From the IMG/VR virus record IMGVR_UViG_3300047157_000163: a stretch of DNA of 64,000 nucleotides; one strand, written 5' to 3'. A program made the position numbers and the translations under genes. Each line of letters begins with the position of its first letter. The first letter of the stretch is position 1. Below, one piece after another: positions 27,801 to 37,334 of this stretch. A model generated the notes under the pieces. The model did no database searches. It was given only the letters and a program-made list of their open reading frames with translations, and was not told the origin of the DNA. Source of the stretch: an uncultured virus (IMG/VR IMGVR_UViG_3300047157_000163) (Duplodnaviria > Heunggongvirae > Uroviricota > Caudoviricetes > Crassvirales).

Positions 27801-30255
27801 TATTTTCTTTCGCTGCTGTTTCTACTAATGCTGCTATTTTACCGCGAGTATCCTGAATAGACAGGTCAATAGGGCCGTGCATAGACGGATCCATACGCTT
27901 TTTTAAATTTTCCGCGTTTTGAACATCTTGCAAAAGAGTAGATAGTTCAACTACATCTACATTGCTATTTAATAGCCAGCCATGTATTCTGCCTGATTGA
28001 TTATGTACGGCAGCAGCTTGCTCTAAAATTCCTTCTACTTCGCTAGATGTTATACGGCCTTTTTCTGCCATATATTCAAGTCTCTTGCGAGAGCCTTCTA
28101 AATCTTGACCTATAACATATAGGTTTTGTAAATTTTGATATGGCGAAGATTGAAACCCTGTTAATTTACCACCAACAAGTCCTCCGACCGCAAACGAAAG
28201 TATTGATGTATTTACAATATCTTCTTTAGAATATGCTGCATTCAAAAAGTCTTCACCCGCCATTTCGTTTAAACCTTTATTGACTATAAGGGTTTCTCCT
28301 GCTTGCTGAATATTTTCTTGAATAGTTTCTTTTGCCCCTTCGCTTGCAACCGTCTTACCGGTTTTAGGAGCCGCTTTGGCTAAGTTTTTAGCAAATTTAG
28401 CAATTGTACTTGAAAACTCTTGCTTGTTGCCTGTAGCACGGTAATTTGATATTGCCTTATTAAATATTTTATTTTTAGTAATAAGGTCATCTAACTTGTT
28501 CAATGCTGGTATACGTGGGTTAATAGGTCCCGTAATTCCGTATAGCGTGCCCATTTGCAAAGCAGCAATATTAGCGAGTTCTTGTGCTTCTTCATTAGAC
28601 ATGCCCGCTTGCTTAGCGGCTCTAATTGTACCTTCATACCCATTAAGTGCACCGTACATAGACTGGAACATAGTCGCATCCATGACCGCTGCATTAAATG
28701 GTAACGATTTACCAAAAGTACCCGCGTTGCTTATGCCTCTGAGATTTGTGCCTCCTTTTGCCGCCATTTCAGCATATAGCTTTGCTTGCTTAGCGTTTTT
28801 CAGACCTTTAGCTTTAGCTAAATAGCGTAAAGAGGCAGCTTTTCTTGCTACCCCTAAACCTTTAGTACCTAGTATTTGAGCTAAAACATTTCCTACAACT
28901 GCACCACCTTGAACTGTTAAACCAGCAGCACTTATGTCAGAGCTTTCTTCGCCACTAGCTTCTATAGCAGAGTTAATTGCATTTAAAGTTTTATCATCAG
29001 TTACTTCATTTATAGCTACGCCAGCATTTATATCGTATATTAACCCTTTGCTATCTTTTATGTATTTAACATTATTTACTGTAGCGCTCTTACCGCTTAC
29101 ATAGCCGTACGATCCCGCTCCTTTAACATCTAAAAGTTTTTTCTCTTGTAGCTCTGCACGAGCTTGAGTAGCATAAGCATCCATGCCTAACAGATCCTGC
29201 GCCATAATAGAAAGATCCGTAAACATTTCGGGAAACGCTTCAACAAGCGCTATTGCCCCGTTTTTAATCCCATCTAAAGCACCCTCTGCATTACCCTGCT
29301 CTTGCTGCTTTTTGATTTCTGCTATTCTTTTTGTTTGAATTTCTTTAGACCGCTCTGTTAATGATTTAAAGTTATTTTGTGCATATTGTTCGGCTCCCCC
29401 TTGAATATATGATGTTAAATAACCATCCTTTGCTAAATAAGATGCGTAAGCTTCATCAAAGTTATCGTACTCGTTATAAGCAGATGGGTCGGCATTGTAT
29501 TTTTCTAAAAAAAGCTTTTTGTTAAGCTTGCTATTTGTTTCGTCAATATAATTATTTAACTGTACGGCTAGCGCTCTTTCTCTTGCTACATTTAATGTTT
29601 TTTGATTTTCTTCGCGTGTGCCATCAATTCTTTTTGACGAATATGCTCCATTTTCAAGGGCCTCCTCAAAATCTTTTGAAAATTCATTTTTATTTAAGTA
29701 CCCTTGAAAATCGTCTATATTAATGCCAAAGCTTTGTAATTCTTCCGCATTGTAATATTCGTTTACAAAAGAATTATCGCTATTACTATTAAAATAAATA
29801 TTAGATTTTTTAGCTGGTAGCTCTAAATCATTTTCTTCAATTTCAATATCAAATGATTCTTGCTTTGTAGGCTCTGCTAAAACGAGCTTAGGAGCTGCGG
29901 CTGATTTGGTTGTGCCCATCAAACCGGAAGTTCTAACATTGTACTTGTTATTGTACTCTAGCTCTCGACGCTCGTTTTCTTTGTTAATTTTATTTCTAGT
30001 TCCATAATCGCTTTCTTCAACTAAAAAAGATTTAGGCGGACTAGCTACGGGTGACTCCAATAAAGTAATGCCCAAACTGGAATCCCCAGCGGGCGTTGGC
30101 TTTCCTGGTCCCATTGGTGGAGTCGTTTCCGCAGGAACCGTTGTCTTTCCCCCAACAATAGTCCAGCCTTCCTGTGCTGCCCATTCTTGAGCTGATAAAC
30201 CAAATAAACTACCGTTTAGCTGCGCTTCTTCTAGGCTAATTTCGTTTTCGTTCAT
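21877..30255 (-). CDS. giant polyvalent virion/ejection protein (HExxH metallopeptidase, sigma-region-2-like segment, zeta-type P-loop kinase)
   Basis: 2792-aa ORF following tail and ejection genes; HELLH, NKGLQF...NKFD, GGAGSGKS...VVDGTG. Confidence 0.8.
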   Translation of the reverse strand: MNENEISLEEAQLNGSLFGLSAQEWAAQEGWTIVGGKTTVPAETTPPMGPGKPTPAGDSSLGITLLESPVASPPKSFLVEESDYGTRNKINKENERRELEYNNKYNVRTSGLMGTTKSAAAPKLVLAEPTKQESFDIEIEENDLELPAKKSNIYFNSNSDNSFVNEYYNAEELQSFGINIDDFQGYLNKNEFSKDFEEALENGAYSSKRIDGTREENQKTLNVARERALAVQLNNYIDETNSKLNKKLFLEKYNADPSAYNEYDNFDEAYASYLAKDGYLTSYIQGGAEQYAQNNFKSLTERSKEIQTKRIAEIKKQQEQGNAEGALDGIKNGAIALVEAFPEMFTDLSIMAQDLLGMDAYATQARAELQEKKLLDVKGAGSYGYVSGKSATVNNVKYIKDSKGLIYDINAGVAINEVTDDKTLNAINSAIEASGEESSDISAAGLTVQGGAVVGNVLAQILGTKGLGVARKAASLRYLAKAKGLKNAKQAKLYAEMAAKGGTNLRGISNAGTFGKSLPFNAAVMDATMFQSMYGALNGYEGTIRAAKQAGMSNEEAQELANIAALQMGTLYGITGPINPRIPALNKLDDLITKNKIFNKAISNYRATGNKQEFSSTIAKFAKNLAKAAPKTGKTVASEGAKETIQENIQQAGETLIVNKGLNEMAGEDFLNAAYSKEDIVNTSILSFAVGGLVGGKLTGFQSSPYQNLQNLYVIGQDLEGSRKRLEYMAEKGRITSSEVEGILEQAAAVHNQSGRIHGWLLNSNVDVVELSTLLQDVQNAENLKKRMDPSMHGPIDLSIQDTRGKIAALVETAAKENILKEAETVKKVAGEENITVYNTVDEMKAAGIKIDNKLKSDGFTEVDGKIVINVEIAAKTAAISVGSHELLHRILRSELKNNKAMPRIINEFRNILKSKGALKAVEDKLKTGIDDGTYDIKFNEDGSVSGNDIDEYITFFSDVIRQEEVPFEALQESEWQRIGRLIVNAFKTRLGNVDKEFTSGQQVFDFIKDYQRSIQKGNLTFEAKAKANSAMQVANDNIKLSKTQNVSAAAKEAKEVLEKVSSNMDSFDPNSHIIAKLIPGMAQAQLAKLSNKGLQFDMDEAVSDIIYRLYSNGDINKFDGRGTLYGYINGRISFRIKDMLKASGQGKNDIVEDFDQSNIEDLKGAAADVTTTEQIEERTEAERPTYRRLLDSRMASPALEAAMLEKIPRIVGTVKNRIDAPVSKNTTVTPLVNEIRLALGKQLDIDLKKAMGGKKDGVLRRFLTDNKKAILENMTTTYLMSAFPAAIQKKVNGVFTSDWKGKKIDRETTSTDQAGRTSGAEVVRRLPNASVKIDDKTFLSFILDEKGNPLRGKKESLAKAISEEMAIEFIIREMKNPDSVIRQAFEANQERLDVELDETFVTELEINFERGNVKYKKSDISDAKSIIDLVEMALIAKKEGYQTRYARILYSLPKDIREMLDDHVKELIGTGKGQFASTLKKLNVEDNIPLDNLLDAYLELNKKENKKRASELGVDFANKLLDALSHPVNGDPYLLSLISNENSLGLGDNGFILKGTKGYAALNKKIAASRSYGKRPTSVLFKGAYAFNVKSPIVTRISDILYFDDLSVKEKLNSISEKDKKMVEKANVVNPLAFNYLMQAAFDIIENNPDLGPAFMMLLQKQTALRGVWTQLTTLTDIQVFDGPQAPYYNTKTGEYLLKSDGSPDVVFNPNHPLLNDALNFEGKKNVADLLLFKNEHGWTSMKQMAFSIAALSKALALDPNGKINKGNKTLFSQQILKLARMFNQQISTNLSSEIQDKILGRTSEAGYNRMLTLPSNQLNSFYDIETGKPVIEKINEETSNQFPNIDINEKAYLKNIDAQALSVKFSMSKPTAVFMVGGAGSGKSSVIKNLDLVGRGYRLINQDPYLEKYIREEGLPTDESTYTKEQRSTRAKLGWKARKAAEEDLAQNTAAKESMVVDGTGASYKATTKKMKALEAAGFDVHMIFVNTSKDIASNRNAARTERSLPDFVVKKNWDQVQESAQQYREDYPAKFYEVNTDNLKYGEALPEAFVNQVNTGLEASGVKFSKGLSEELNSMIERNKGVAADKVYSNAQARMQGERKGKYRLFVPSSAEDFRGLTSYTFAGKGKQGEADQKFIEDNLITPYLRGIAMIEAVKQQVRREYNALAKESKQYFKMLGKKIGSTDYTYDQALRVYMWTQQSIEVPGMSKDDIVMLIKEINQIPGLIELGNAMQLISRQDTWAEPGDHWLSRTLISDLNGMTEKVGRKKYLQEFIENSEAIFSNENLNKIEAVYGTRHREAIVDALYAMTNGTNRVKSGNDNKQVNEWLNWVNNSTGAIMFFNVRSAVLQTLSATNFINWSDNNPLKAAAAFANQPQYWSDFAMIFNSDKLKQRRSGLQTDVNQAEIANQAEGAKDKAGAVIAYLLKIGFTPTQIADSFAISMGGATFYRNRVKTYLKEGMEQAAAEKQAFEDFSKTADEAQQSSDPYLVSQEQRSVLGRLVLAFQNTPMQYTRLMKKSMQDLANGRGDAKTHISKIIYYGAVQNFIFSALQSALFAVIPGFDDEDESEMTEKELEKRQRKDDKRNLRIINSMTDSILKGSGVRGAALATIKNTITEYFAQKEKGFMADRGAIILQALSLSPPIGSKLRKINSALAGEAFNKDVLEARGFSVMKDGRINLSPAYSIIGSLVSGVANVPMDRMVDLINGYSEALDSRNTIWQRIALGLGWKTWDVGAKNEEHDLIKAEGKEKRKEEGKAKAKKTREENRKKKEAERKAKEKSAEVYIVPRSK

Positions 30256-30269
30256 TGTATTTTATTATT

Positions 30270-31409
30270 TTAACTTTTAGGGGCGTAGCCTACCAATTCT
30301 CCGTTTGCATTTGTTTCAGCTTTCCATGGACCACTCTGGCTACTGCGAACCATTGAAATATAAGCGTTTTGTTCTGGAGACCAAACAAGTTGTTGGTTTT
30401 GCGTTACTGGAATAAGATTATATGTACCGTTTTTTGCTTCTGTATCAATTTGGCTGTAAATTTTTTCTGTCTTTGAAGGATTTGCAACGCTTGAGTTTGA
30501 ATTATTTCTTTCCGCGCGCTTTCTTTCTTTTTCAGCGTATCCTTGATTAGCAACATCTATAAGCGCATTAACGATAGCGTCTTTAACCTGCATACGTGTC
30601 CCAGCAACATCTTCTGGATTATAAGCAATACCGCTTAAATCAATACCGCTACCTGCAAAGTCACCTGCTAGTATAGACTTTATAGTATTAGGGTTTGCAA
30701 GCATAGCTTCAACCTGAGTTCCTATTAACTGTGCTTTTGTACCATCAAGTCTTTGCCCCGCGGAATAAAGATTGTTAGTAGTGGTTAAAAGGCTATTCAT
30801 GGTTGCATAGTCCTTTAGCATTGGCTCTTTATAATCTTTGTAGGATTGCGATTCACCATTCACTGAAAACATTATATGCCCACCGTCTCCAACAGAAAAA
30901 GAAGCAGACACTTCAGGATCTAAACCATATAAAGACGCAGCTGTCTGAATTTCTGATGCAGATGCAGCATTAGAGTAAAGATCAGCTTGATGTGTTTCTA
31001 CATAACTAGCTTTAGCTTCTTTATACGACTTAACCTCTTCTGATAATGTAACAAAGCTACGATTAACCTCGTTCATAATATCCGCGTACTGCTGGTATTC
31101 AGGAGAAGAAGCATCGTCTATTTTAGCTATTTCGCTGGCAGCATTAGCATAAATGCCACGCTGAGAAACTAAAAAGCCACGCATTGCTGAAGTCTGCTCA
31201 GGGCTTAGCCCGTCTAAATCAATGTTTGATTTTAAATTATCAATGTACCCATTAACACGAGCTTGAGTAGCTTGCTTGCGTTTTTCTTCTTCTATAAAAA
31301 AGTTTGCTCCTTGGGTAGGGTTTGGCACGTTAATAGCCTCAGCATAATTTACAAAGCCTTCTGACTTTGATAATGCTGCAGCTCCTTTTATTAAATCACT
31401 ATTTGCCAT
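30270..31409 (-). CDS. putative internal virion protein
   Basis: start at ATG 31409 (MANSDLIKGA); position in the ejection cluster. Confidence 0.65.
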   Translation of the reverse strand: MANSDLIKGAAALSKSEGFVNYAEAINVPNPTQGANFFIEEEKRKQATQARVNGYIDNLKSNIDLDGLSPEQTSAMRGFLVSQRGIYANAASEIAKIDDASSPEYQQYADIMNEVNRSFVTLSEEVKSYKEAKASYVETHQADLYSNAASASEIQTAASLYGLDPEVSASFSVGDGGHIMFSVNGESQSYKDYKEPMLKDYATMNSLLTTTNNLYSAGQRLDGTKAQLIGTQVEAMLANPNTIKSILAGDFAGSGIDLSGIAYNPEDVAGTRMQVKDAIVNALIDVANQGYAEKERKRAERNNSNSSVANPSKTEKIYSQIDTEAKNGTYNLIPVTQNQQLVWSPEQNAYISMVRSSQSGPWKAETNANGELVGYAPKS

Positions 31410-31413
31410 AATC

Positions 31414-32073
31414 TTATTTGAATAGGTTACCGATAAACCCGCTAATGCCTTTACCTGATCCCGCTTGTGCACCCATTGCAGCAGCTGCAGGGTTTGCTTT
31501 CATTACGCCACCAGCAACTTGACCAATTCCTCCTACTAAAGCTTGAGTAGCTTCTTGCCGTGCAATATTCGCGGCACTTAGTCTTTGCTGACTCATGCCT
31601 AATTCCGTTTCTGCCTGCTCTCTTTCTAAAGATCTAGAATACATTTCGCCTTCACGTTCCATAGATTGTAATTGACCAGCCATTTGTGCTTGTGCTTTCT
31701 GATTGCCAGCTTCTTGTCTTGCGATATCAGCTGAAGCACTCTGTGCGTTTTGCGATTGTTGTCCAGCCATTGCTTGCGCTAATGCAGCAATACCGCTACC
31801 GCCAGCAGCACCTTTCATGCCCTGCATAGTATTAGCCATGCCTTGCGCTTGCTGTTGAGCTGCAAAGTCGGCTGCTTGAGTATTTACGGTAAGGTCTTCA
31901 TAAACATTTTCCATATTTGCATATGGATTTGATAAATCCTGAGACTGATACCTCGTCATGTTTTGGTCATACTGCGCCTGAGCGGTTGCTTGCTCGGCTT
32001 TTCTTTTCTTATGACCTATAATACCGGAAGCAATTCCTACGCCCCCTTGGATTACGCTGTCTATTAAAGCCAT
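31414..32073 (-). CDS. putative internal virion/ejection protein
   Basis: Ala/Gln/Gly-rich helical protein typical of podovirus pilot proteins. Confidence 0.7.
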   Translation of the reverse strand: MALIDSVIQGGVGIASGIIGHKKRKAEQATAQAQYDQNMTRYQSQDLSNPYANMENVYEDLTVNTQAADFAAQQQAQGMANTMQGMKGAAGGSGIAALAQAMAGQQSQNAQSASADIARQEAGNQKAQAQMAGQLQSMEREGEMYSRSLEREQAETELGMSQQRLSAANIARQEATQALVGGIGQVAGGVMKANPAAAAMGAQAGSGKGISGFIGNLFK

Positions 32074-32108
32074 TCGTATTATATTAAGTTATTATTCATT
32101 ATTACGTA

Positions 32109-35100
32109 TTATTCACTGCTGATAAACACCTCAGAGTTAACAGCAAAGAGCTCTTTTTTATCTGAGCTAGTTGTTTTCATCTCAACAGACGCATGGTAAC
32201 CTATTATACCAGAAGTGTTCTTTTCAGTGTCTTTTACAAAGAATATAAAGTCTTGAGCAACCGGTTCGTTAAAGGGAGCTCCCCATATAACTGTTACGGT
32301 ATTCCCGCTTACAATACCACAAGTACCTATAATTTTTACAGTATCACTATCACTAGCATCAGTAAAATACACTATGTCTCCTTTTTGCAAAGAAACATTT
32401 AATGCTCTCGGAAAAACAAGCTCATAAGTTTGCACGCTAACACCATCAATAGTAGCAGAGTCTTCTTCAGTGCTTGTCGGGTTTCCTAACCCTTGCACTG
32501 CAAATTCTCCGGAATCAATATTTGACAGTGTAGTGGCTTTACCTTTAATATAGTTAAAGTAAAGGTTTTCTTTCTTTTTCCATGCTTCTACTTCTCCGTC
32601 TTGTTGATCAGTAAGCACATCTGCTACCCAGCCTGCGTCACCTTCGTAAGATAGTGTTTTAAAGTTTTTAATACTAGATGGCGCATCGTTAAATATAGGT
32701 GTTACCGTAGAATTAGCTTGAGTGCCGTAAAAATTAGAACGCGTTGCACTGTTGTGCACCCATAGCTCACCATTTTTCATAGTGTAATAATCGTTGTTTA
32801 ACGATATTGCCGCTTCAGGTACAAAAGACATTCTGCTAGTCCAGCCTCTCACACCTTCTTTAAAGGCTACGGATTCATCACTGCTGAATGATACATTATA
32901 AGAACCAGCAGCTTCGTCATACGAGCCTAGAATAGCCCCTGATGCAGCTTTAAGCTTATCCTCAAAGTAATCTGACATGCCGTTCTCAGCAATTTCGGTG
33001 ATGCCGTCCATAGATAACCGTATTACAGTTCCTCTAGCTTTATCTGTAAAGTAAGACCTAAAGCCATATGTTGTAAAAGATTCAGGATTCTTAGATATGC
33101 CAAATTCACCTGCATATGCTATTGTTTGACCGAGTACGTTATTTGTAGAAGTAACGTTAGGATTACCGTCCGCAGTAAATAACGCATCTTTATTGGCTTG
33201 TATTCTAAAGCATTTGTCTTCACAAAGAGTCACTAAGTCAGTATCTCTTGCTTTCAAAAGTTGTATACCACCGTATATAGGGTTTAAATCTTTTGTTATT
33301 TTAAGACCTTGAATAAACTGGTTAAGCTCGTTTACACCACTGGTATTATTAAATAAACCGCTATATATTAAACCAGATTTTCTGCGCTCCTGCTTATATT
33401 CCGTTTCAATAACACTAGAAACTTTAACTCCTTTACCTATACGCTTAGCGTTAAAATCGTCACGTATTCTATCTGATTCAACCCCATTACCAAAAGAATA
33501 TACATTAAAATAATCTAATGTTTGTTCAGTAGAAAGTTGAGAAATTGGCAGTGCTTCAGTTGCTTCATAATATAAATCTAAATCAACTGCAGGGCTTGGT
33601 TCAACTTCAAATATTGCGGGGTTTTCTACAGGCAGTACATCGCTATCTTCGTCAAAAACAGTGGGTTGTGTTCTTTTTCTTACAGAAACTCTAACTTGAT
33701 TAGGGTCAATGTCTTCATCTGTATAAGCTGTTGTTAGAGTGTAATTCCAATAGTATCCACCTTCGTCATTACCTTGAGATGTTCCACCTGCACCTGTTCC
33801 TCTTACGTAAGCTCCTTTAGTAACCGACGCAATCTCGTACAAGGAACTCCAACCACCAGTTGATTGCCTAAATTGCACAATGGCTCCAGCTACAGCTTTA
33901 GTATTAAAATTTTGCAAGCCGGCCCCACCTATAGGGGAAGTGCCATTCCATGGAGCATACACTAAACCAAACTTGTAAGAATTAATAGTCGGCTTGCCAA
34001 ATAGAGTTACATTAGGCTGAGCATCAGCATGATCATCCCATCCTTGCTGGACTACAAATATGTTATCTACATCAGGATTATCAGATATATTATCAACTAT
34101 TACGCCCGGATTAGCAACGCCGTCTTGTTGGTAATCTCCTGGGTTATTTGTAAAGTTATAAACTATATTTTCATCAAACGCTATGTCCCTGTTAATCTTA
34201 ACAAAAAATCGCCCTATATATTCAGGTAATATGTCTGTTCTTCTTTCATGAACTTCAACTGTTATGTCTGTTGCACTGCCTAGCCAAGTGTAGGTTGAAA
34301 GCTTTTTATTTAAAGTTATTTCATAATGATTTGCTGAATCGCTTGTAAAGCCGGCACTTTCTATCTCATAAAATGCTGTTCTATTTGCGCCCGAAACAAA
34401 TCTTACATACACGTCTTGGTTTAAAGAGCTTACAAATTCGCTATTACCAGCGTTTGGGTTAGGCCCTACAAATTTAAATGTTTTTAAGCCAGAAGCAATT
34501 CTTGCGCTATCTGTTCCTCTTGTACAGCCAGCCGAAACTTTAAACTTCCTTCTAGTTTTTATAGGCTCCGGTGCTTCGTTGCTAATATCTAAAATTTTGT
34601 ACCTAGTAATTTCATTAACAGGCAAATCGCTTCTATGCTGCTTTTTTAATACCAAAAAGTCCCCTTCTTGCACTTTGTTTCTTTCAGCACTAGGAATAGA
34701 CAACCACATAAATCCATCGGGATCTGCATAGTAGCGGTCTAATGAAACATTATAATATTCGTTTGAAACTTCTTTAACGTAGTATTTAAAATGCGTTGCC
34801 CAAGAAGGGGCATCTTGTCCAGAGTCAGCTTTTAATTTGTTAACCTTAGAAGCTTTGTCTATGCCTAATTTTACTGTAGAATAACTATTAGTAAAAACCG
34901 GCGTTTCTCTGCCATTTTTATCCACGTAGACAATTCCGACCTGGTAATCCCGCAGTGATTTTACGCTTTCTTCAGGCTTTTTCAACTCTGTTATATCAAC
35001 CGACTGTAAAGAAACAGATAAGTCAATTTCGTCTATTATATCGTAATTTTGCACATAGTTTCCATACACAATGCGATTGCCTATAACTTCTTGCGCAAGC

Positions 35101-36422
35101 GCTTTTATTGGTACATTATCGTATGGCCTAAGTATTTGATTTGACTCAATAACATTTGTTACTACTTCCGAAGTAATCGCAATACTACCAATATTCGCTG
35201 CCTTTTCGTCTATTTTATAAATTATATTTTCAGAAGAATCTTTATATAAAATTTGCAATTTGTCTACATCTGCAGGTGGCGTTTCAAAATTACTTAACGT
35301 AAGTTTGCGCAAGTTATTACGCATACCTTCGTTATAAGCATCAAACGAGCCATATTCAAATGTATCAGGTACAAAAACAGCATTAGTCCACGGAGAAAAC
35401 GCAGATACTTCTCCGTCTATATACTTCCACCGGTATGCAAAACGGGGAAAAGAAAACTCAAACATAGGAGGGTCTTCTTGCAACACACACACCCAGTCCA
35501 ATTCAATATCTGGCATATCAGATGATATAGACAGTATAATACAGGGAACAAACTTTGGTGTATTTGCGTTGGGAAGAGCGGTAACTTTAAGACGTACTTG
35601 ATATTGATCATTAAGATTTCTATCGTTATTAAACTCGTAGGCAGTTAGCGCTATAATATCATTAACCGCCCAAGCTGTCGGGGCTTCGCTAGTAGTAATA
35701 TTAATGGTGCTGCCTACTTCTCTTGGCACTTTAACACCTCCAAAAAGTTCTGTAAAATTTTGTTTTACGGTAACTCTACTTAAACCCGCGCCAACACCTG
35801 TTACTGTAGAAGAAGCCGCGGCATAATGCAATCTTTCGTTTGGCTTTTTCTTAATTACAGTAATATCAGACGCAATAAAAGCTCTGCTATACACTTGCGT
35901 GTGAGTGTCTATACTCGTTCCGGCTTGCGTTCCGGTTTGGTTTGCACTCCCAGCTTTAAATCTAGATATTAATATTTTTCTAGGTTCATTTAAGTTATCA
36001 GTCCAGCATAATAGCCCCTCAAAAACGTTAACACCGGTTATAAAGTTAGCTGTGTTAAAATTTAATACTGTGCCTGTATCAACTAATATAGGTGCAACAA
36101 AACCTGTAGCCTCGTCATATTCTAAAATAGCATCAACTGATGCTGAGGTAACAAACCAGTATAGTTTATTGTTTTGAGTATCCCGAGCAGCACCTATACA
36201 CTGCGGAGAGGTTAAACCAAAATTAGCCACCCAATTTACAGAGGACGACTTCTTATTTAGCTTAGTATTACCTAATATGTTCTCAACAGCGCCGACGTCT
36301 GAACCTTCAGATGTTGAAACCTGAATGTTTAAAGCGTCACGATATTGGCCTGGGGGCACAAGTCTCTCATCAAGATCCTTGTTCATTTTGCCCTGGACAA
36401 AGTTGTGTGCTAATTTTGGCAT
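32109..36422 (-). CDS. tail stabilisation/nozzle protein
   Basis: N-terminal FxxGKMNKDLDERL..GQYRDALN; 1437 aa, beta-rich; synteny. Confidence 0.75.
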   Translation of the reverse strand: MPKLAHNFVQGKMNKDLDERLVPPGQYRDALNIQVSTSEGSDVGAVENILGNTKLNKKSSSVNWVANFGLTSPQCIGAARDTQNNKLYWFVTSASVDAILEYDEATGFVAPILVDTGTVLNFNTANFITGVNVFEGLLCWTDNLNEPRKILISRFKAGSANQTGTQAGTSIDTHTQVYSRAFIASDITVIKKKPNERLHYAAASSTVTGVGAGLSRVTVKQNFTELFGGVKVPREVGSTINITTSEAPTAWAVNDIIALTAYEFNNDRNLNDQYQVRLKVTALPNANTPKFVPCIILSISSDMPDIELDWVCVLQEDPPMFEFSFPRFAYRWKYIDGEVSAFSPWTNAVFVPDTFEYGSFDAYNEGMRNNLRKLTLSNFETPPADVDKLQILYKDSSENIIYKIDEKAANIGSIAITSEVVTNVIESNQILRPYDNVPIKALAQEVIGNRIVYGNYVQNYDIIDEIDLSVSLQSVDITELKKPEESVKSLRDYQVGIVYVDKNGRETPVFTNSYSTVKLGIDKASKVNKLKADSGQDAPSWATHFKYYVKEVSNEYYNVSLDRYYADPDGFMWLSIPSAERNKVQEGDFLVLKKQHRSDLPVNEITRYKILDISNEAPEPIKTRRKFKVSAGCTRGTDSARIASGLKTFKFVGPNPNAGNSEFVSSLNQDVYVRFVSGANRTAFYEIESAGFTSDSANHYEITLNKKLSTYTWLGSATDITVEVHERRTDILPEYIGRFFVKINRDIAFDENIVYNFTNNPGDYQQDGVANPGVIVDNISDNPDVDNIFVVQQGWDDHADAQPNVTLFGKPTINSYKFGLVYAPWNGTSPIGGAGLQNFNTKAVAGAIVQFRQSTGGWSSLYEIASVTKGAYVRGTGAGGTSQGNDEGGYYWNYTLTTAYTDEDIDPNQVRVSVRKRTQPTVFDEDSDVLPVENPAIFEVEPSPAVDLDLYYEATEALPISQLSTEQTLDYFNVYSFGNGVESDRIRDDFNAKRIGKGVKVSSVIETEYKQERRKSGLIYSGLFNNTSGVNELNQFIQGLKITKDLNPIYGGIQLLKARDTDLVTLCEDKCFRIQANKDALFTADGNPNVTSTNNVLGQTIAYAGEFGISKNPESFTTYGFRSYFTDKARGTVIRLSMDGITEIAENGMSDYFEDKLKAASGAILGSYDEAAGSYNVSFSSDESVAFKEGVRGWTSRMSFVPEAAISLNNDYYTMKNGELWVHNSATRSNFYGTQANSTVTPIFNDAPSSIKNFKTLSYEGDAGWVADVLTDQQDGEVEAWKKKENLYFNYIKGKATTLSNIDSGEFAVQGLGNPTSTEEDSATIDGVSVQTYELVFPRALNVSLQKGDIVYFTDASDSDTVKIIGTCGIVSGNTVTVIWGAPFNEPVAQDFIFFVKDTEKNTSGIIGYHASVEMKTTSSDKKELFAVNSEVFISSE

Positions 36423-36425
36423 GTA

Positions 36426-37331
36426 TTAGTGTTTAATCCATTTAGCCTGGTTGCGCATGATTTGAGCAATTTCGCTAATCTTAAGGTTAGACATACGGAG
36501 TTTTGCAACTCTTTTTGCTGCAAACGCTTCTTTCTTAAAGCGCGCGACTAAATATTCTTGAGTATTTGCTCTTGTAGCCAGAATAGCGTGAGCGAGATAT
36601 TTGTATACAGCTTCTTCTGCGAATTTATGCACACGCATTTCTTCGTCAGTTCCTAAGCTATCACTTATGTATTTAAGGGTAACGACTTTGTTCACTAAGC
36701 CTGAGCTAAAGTGTGCGATACCTTTTAGTTTATCAATGTAAAAAACCCCGTTGCTTTGAGCAAACTCAGGGTTTAAGCCATAACGGCGGCCATGGCGATA
36801 CAAGTTGAACAGTTCGCTTGTACTAAGCTCTGCTTTGTTGTTATCCGCAGCACTAGCGCCTTCAAATGCTTTTAATGTTTCAGATTTATTTGCGTATTGC
36901 TTTTCCCCGCTGCCATCAAAAGTATATTCGTAGTCACTATCTTGAACAATAGCTTTTGGGTTGCTTGAATGGCGAGTAGGATAGATCACATGCTCAATAC
37001 CCGAAGCATCGGACCAAGTAAACTTAACATAGTTAACATAATCTTGGGGTAGAATCATCTCAAGGGCTGGCCCTAACTCTATTTCTAAAGCTTTTTCCGA
37101 GGGTAGTATATCGAAGGAAAGCTCTTGTAAAGCACGCTGAGCATGAAATGCAACATCCGTGCGCTTAATTTTACTAATAACTTTATCTTCTCCAACATAA
37201 GCAATGATGAAATTGTTAATGATATCTTTAATGCTTATAAACTGGTAGTCGCCGTAATTTTCGTCGCCACTATTCCAATTGCCGTCGGCACCTTCGTAAT
37301 AGGCTTTTTGTGTTTGACTAATTAATCCCAT
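36426..37331 (-). CDS. tail ring/adaptor protein
   Basis: LPQDYVNYVK motif; synteny. Confidence 0.65.
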   Translation of the reverse strand: MGLISQTQKAYYEGADGNWNSGDENYGDYQFISIKDIINNFIIAYVGEDKVISKIKRTDVAFHAQRALQELSFDILPSEKALEIELGPALEMILPQDYVNYVKFTWSDASGIEHVIYPTRHSSNPKAIVQDSDYEYTFDGSGEKQYANKSETLKAFEGASAADNNKAELSTSELFNLYRHGRRYGLNPEFAQSNGVFYIDKLKGIAHFSSGLVNKVVTLKYISDSLGTDEEMRVHKFAEEAVYKYLAHAILATRANTQEYLVARFKKEAFAAKRVAKLRMSNLKISEIAQIMRNQAKWIKH

Positions 37332-37334
37332 TTA

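Noticed and set aside
22136..29723. antisense + strand ORFs within the giant gene and other late genes
   Set aside because: Shadow frames of long genuine ORFs, no motifs or leaders
21877..30255. crAss/N4-type virion RNA polymerase
   Set aside because: No DxDxD (DFDID/DFDGD) or single-subunit RNAP motifs recognised by eye; a structure search is needed to exclude it fully
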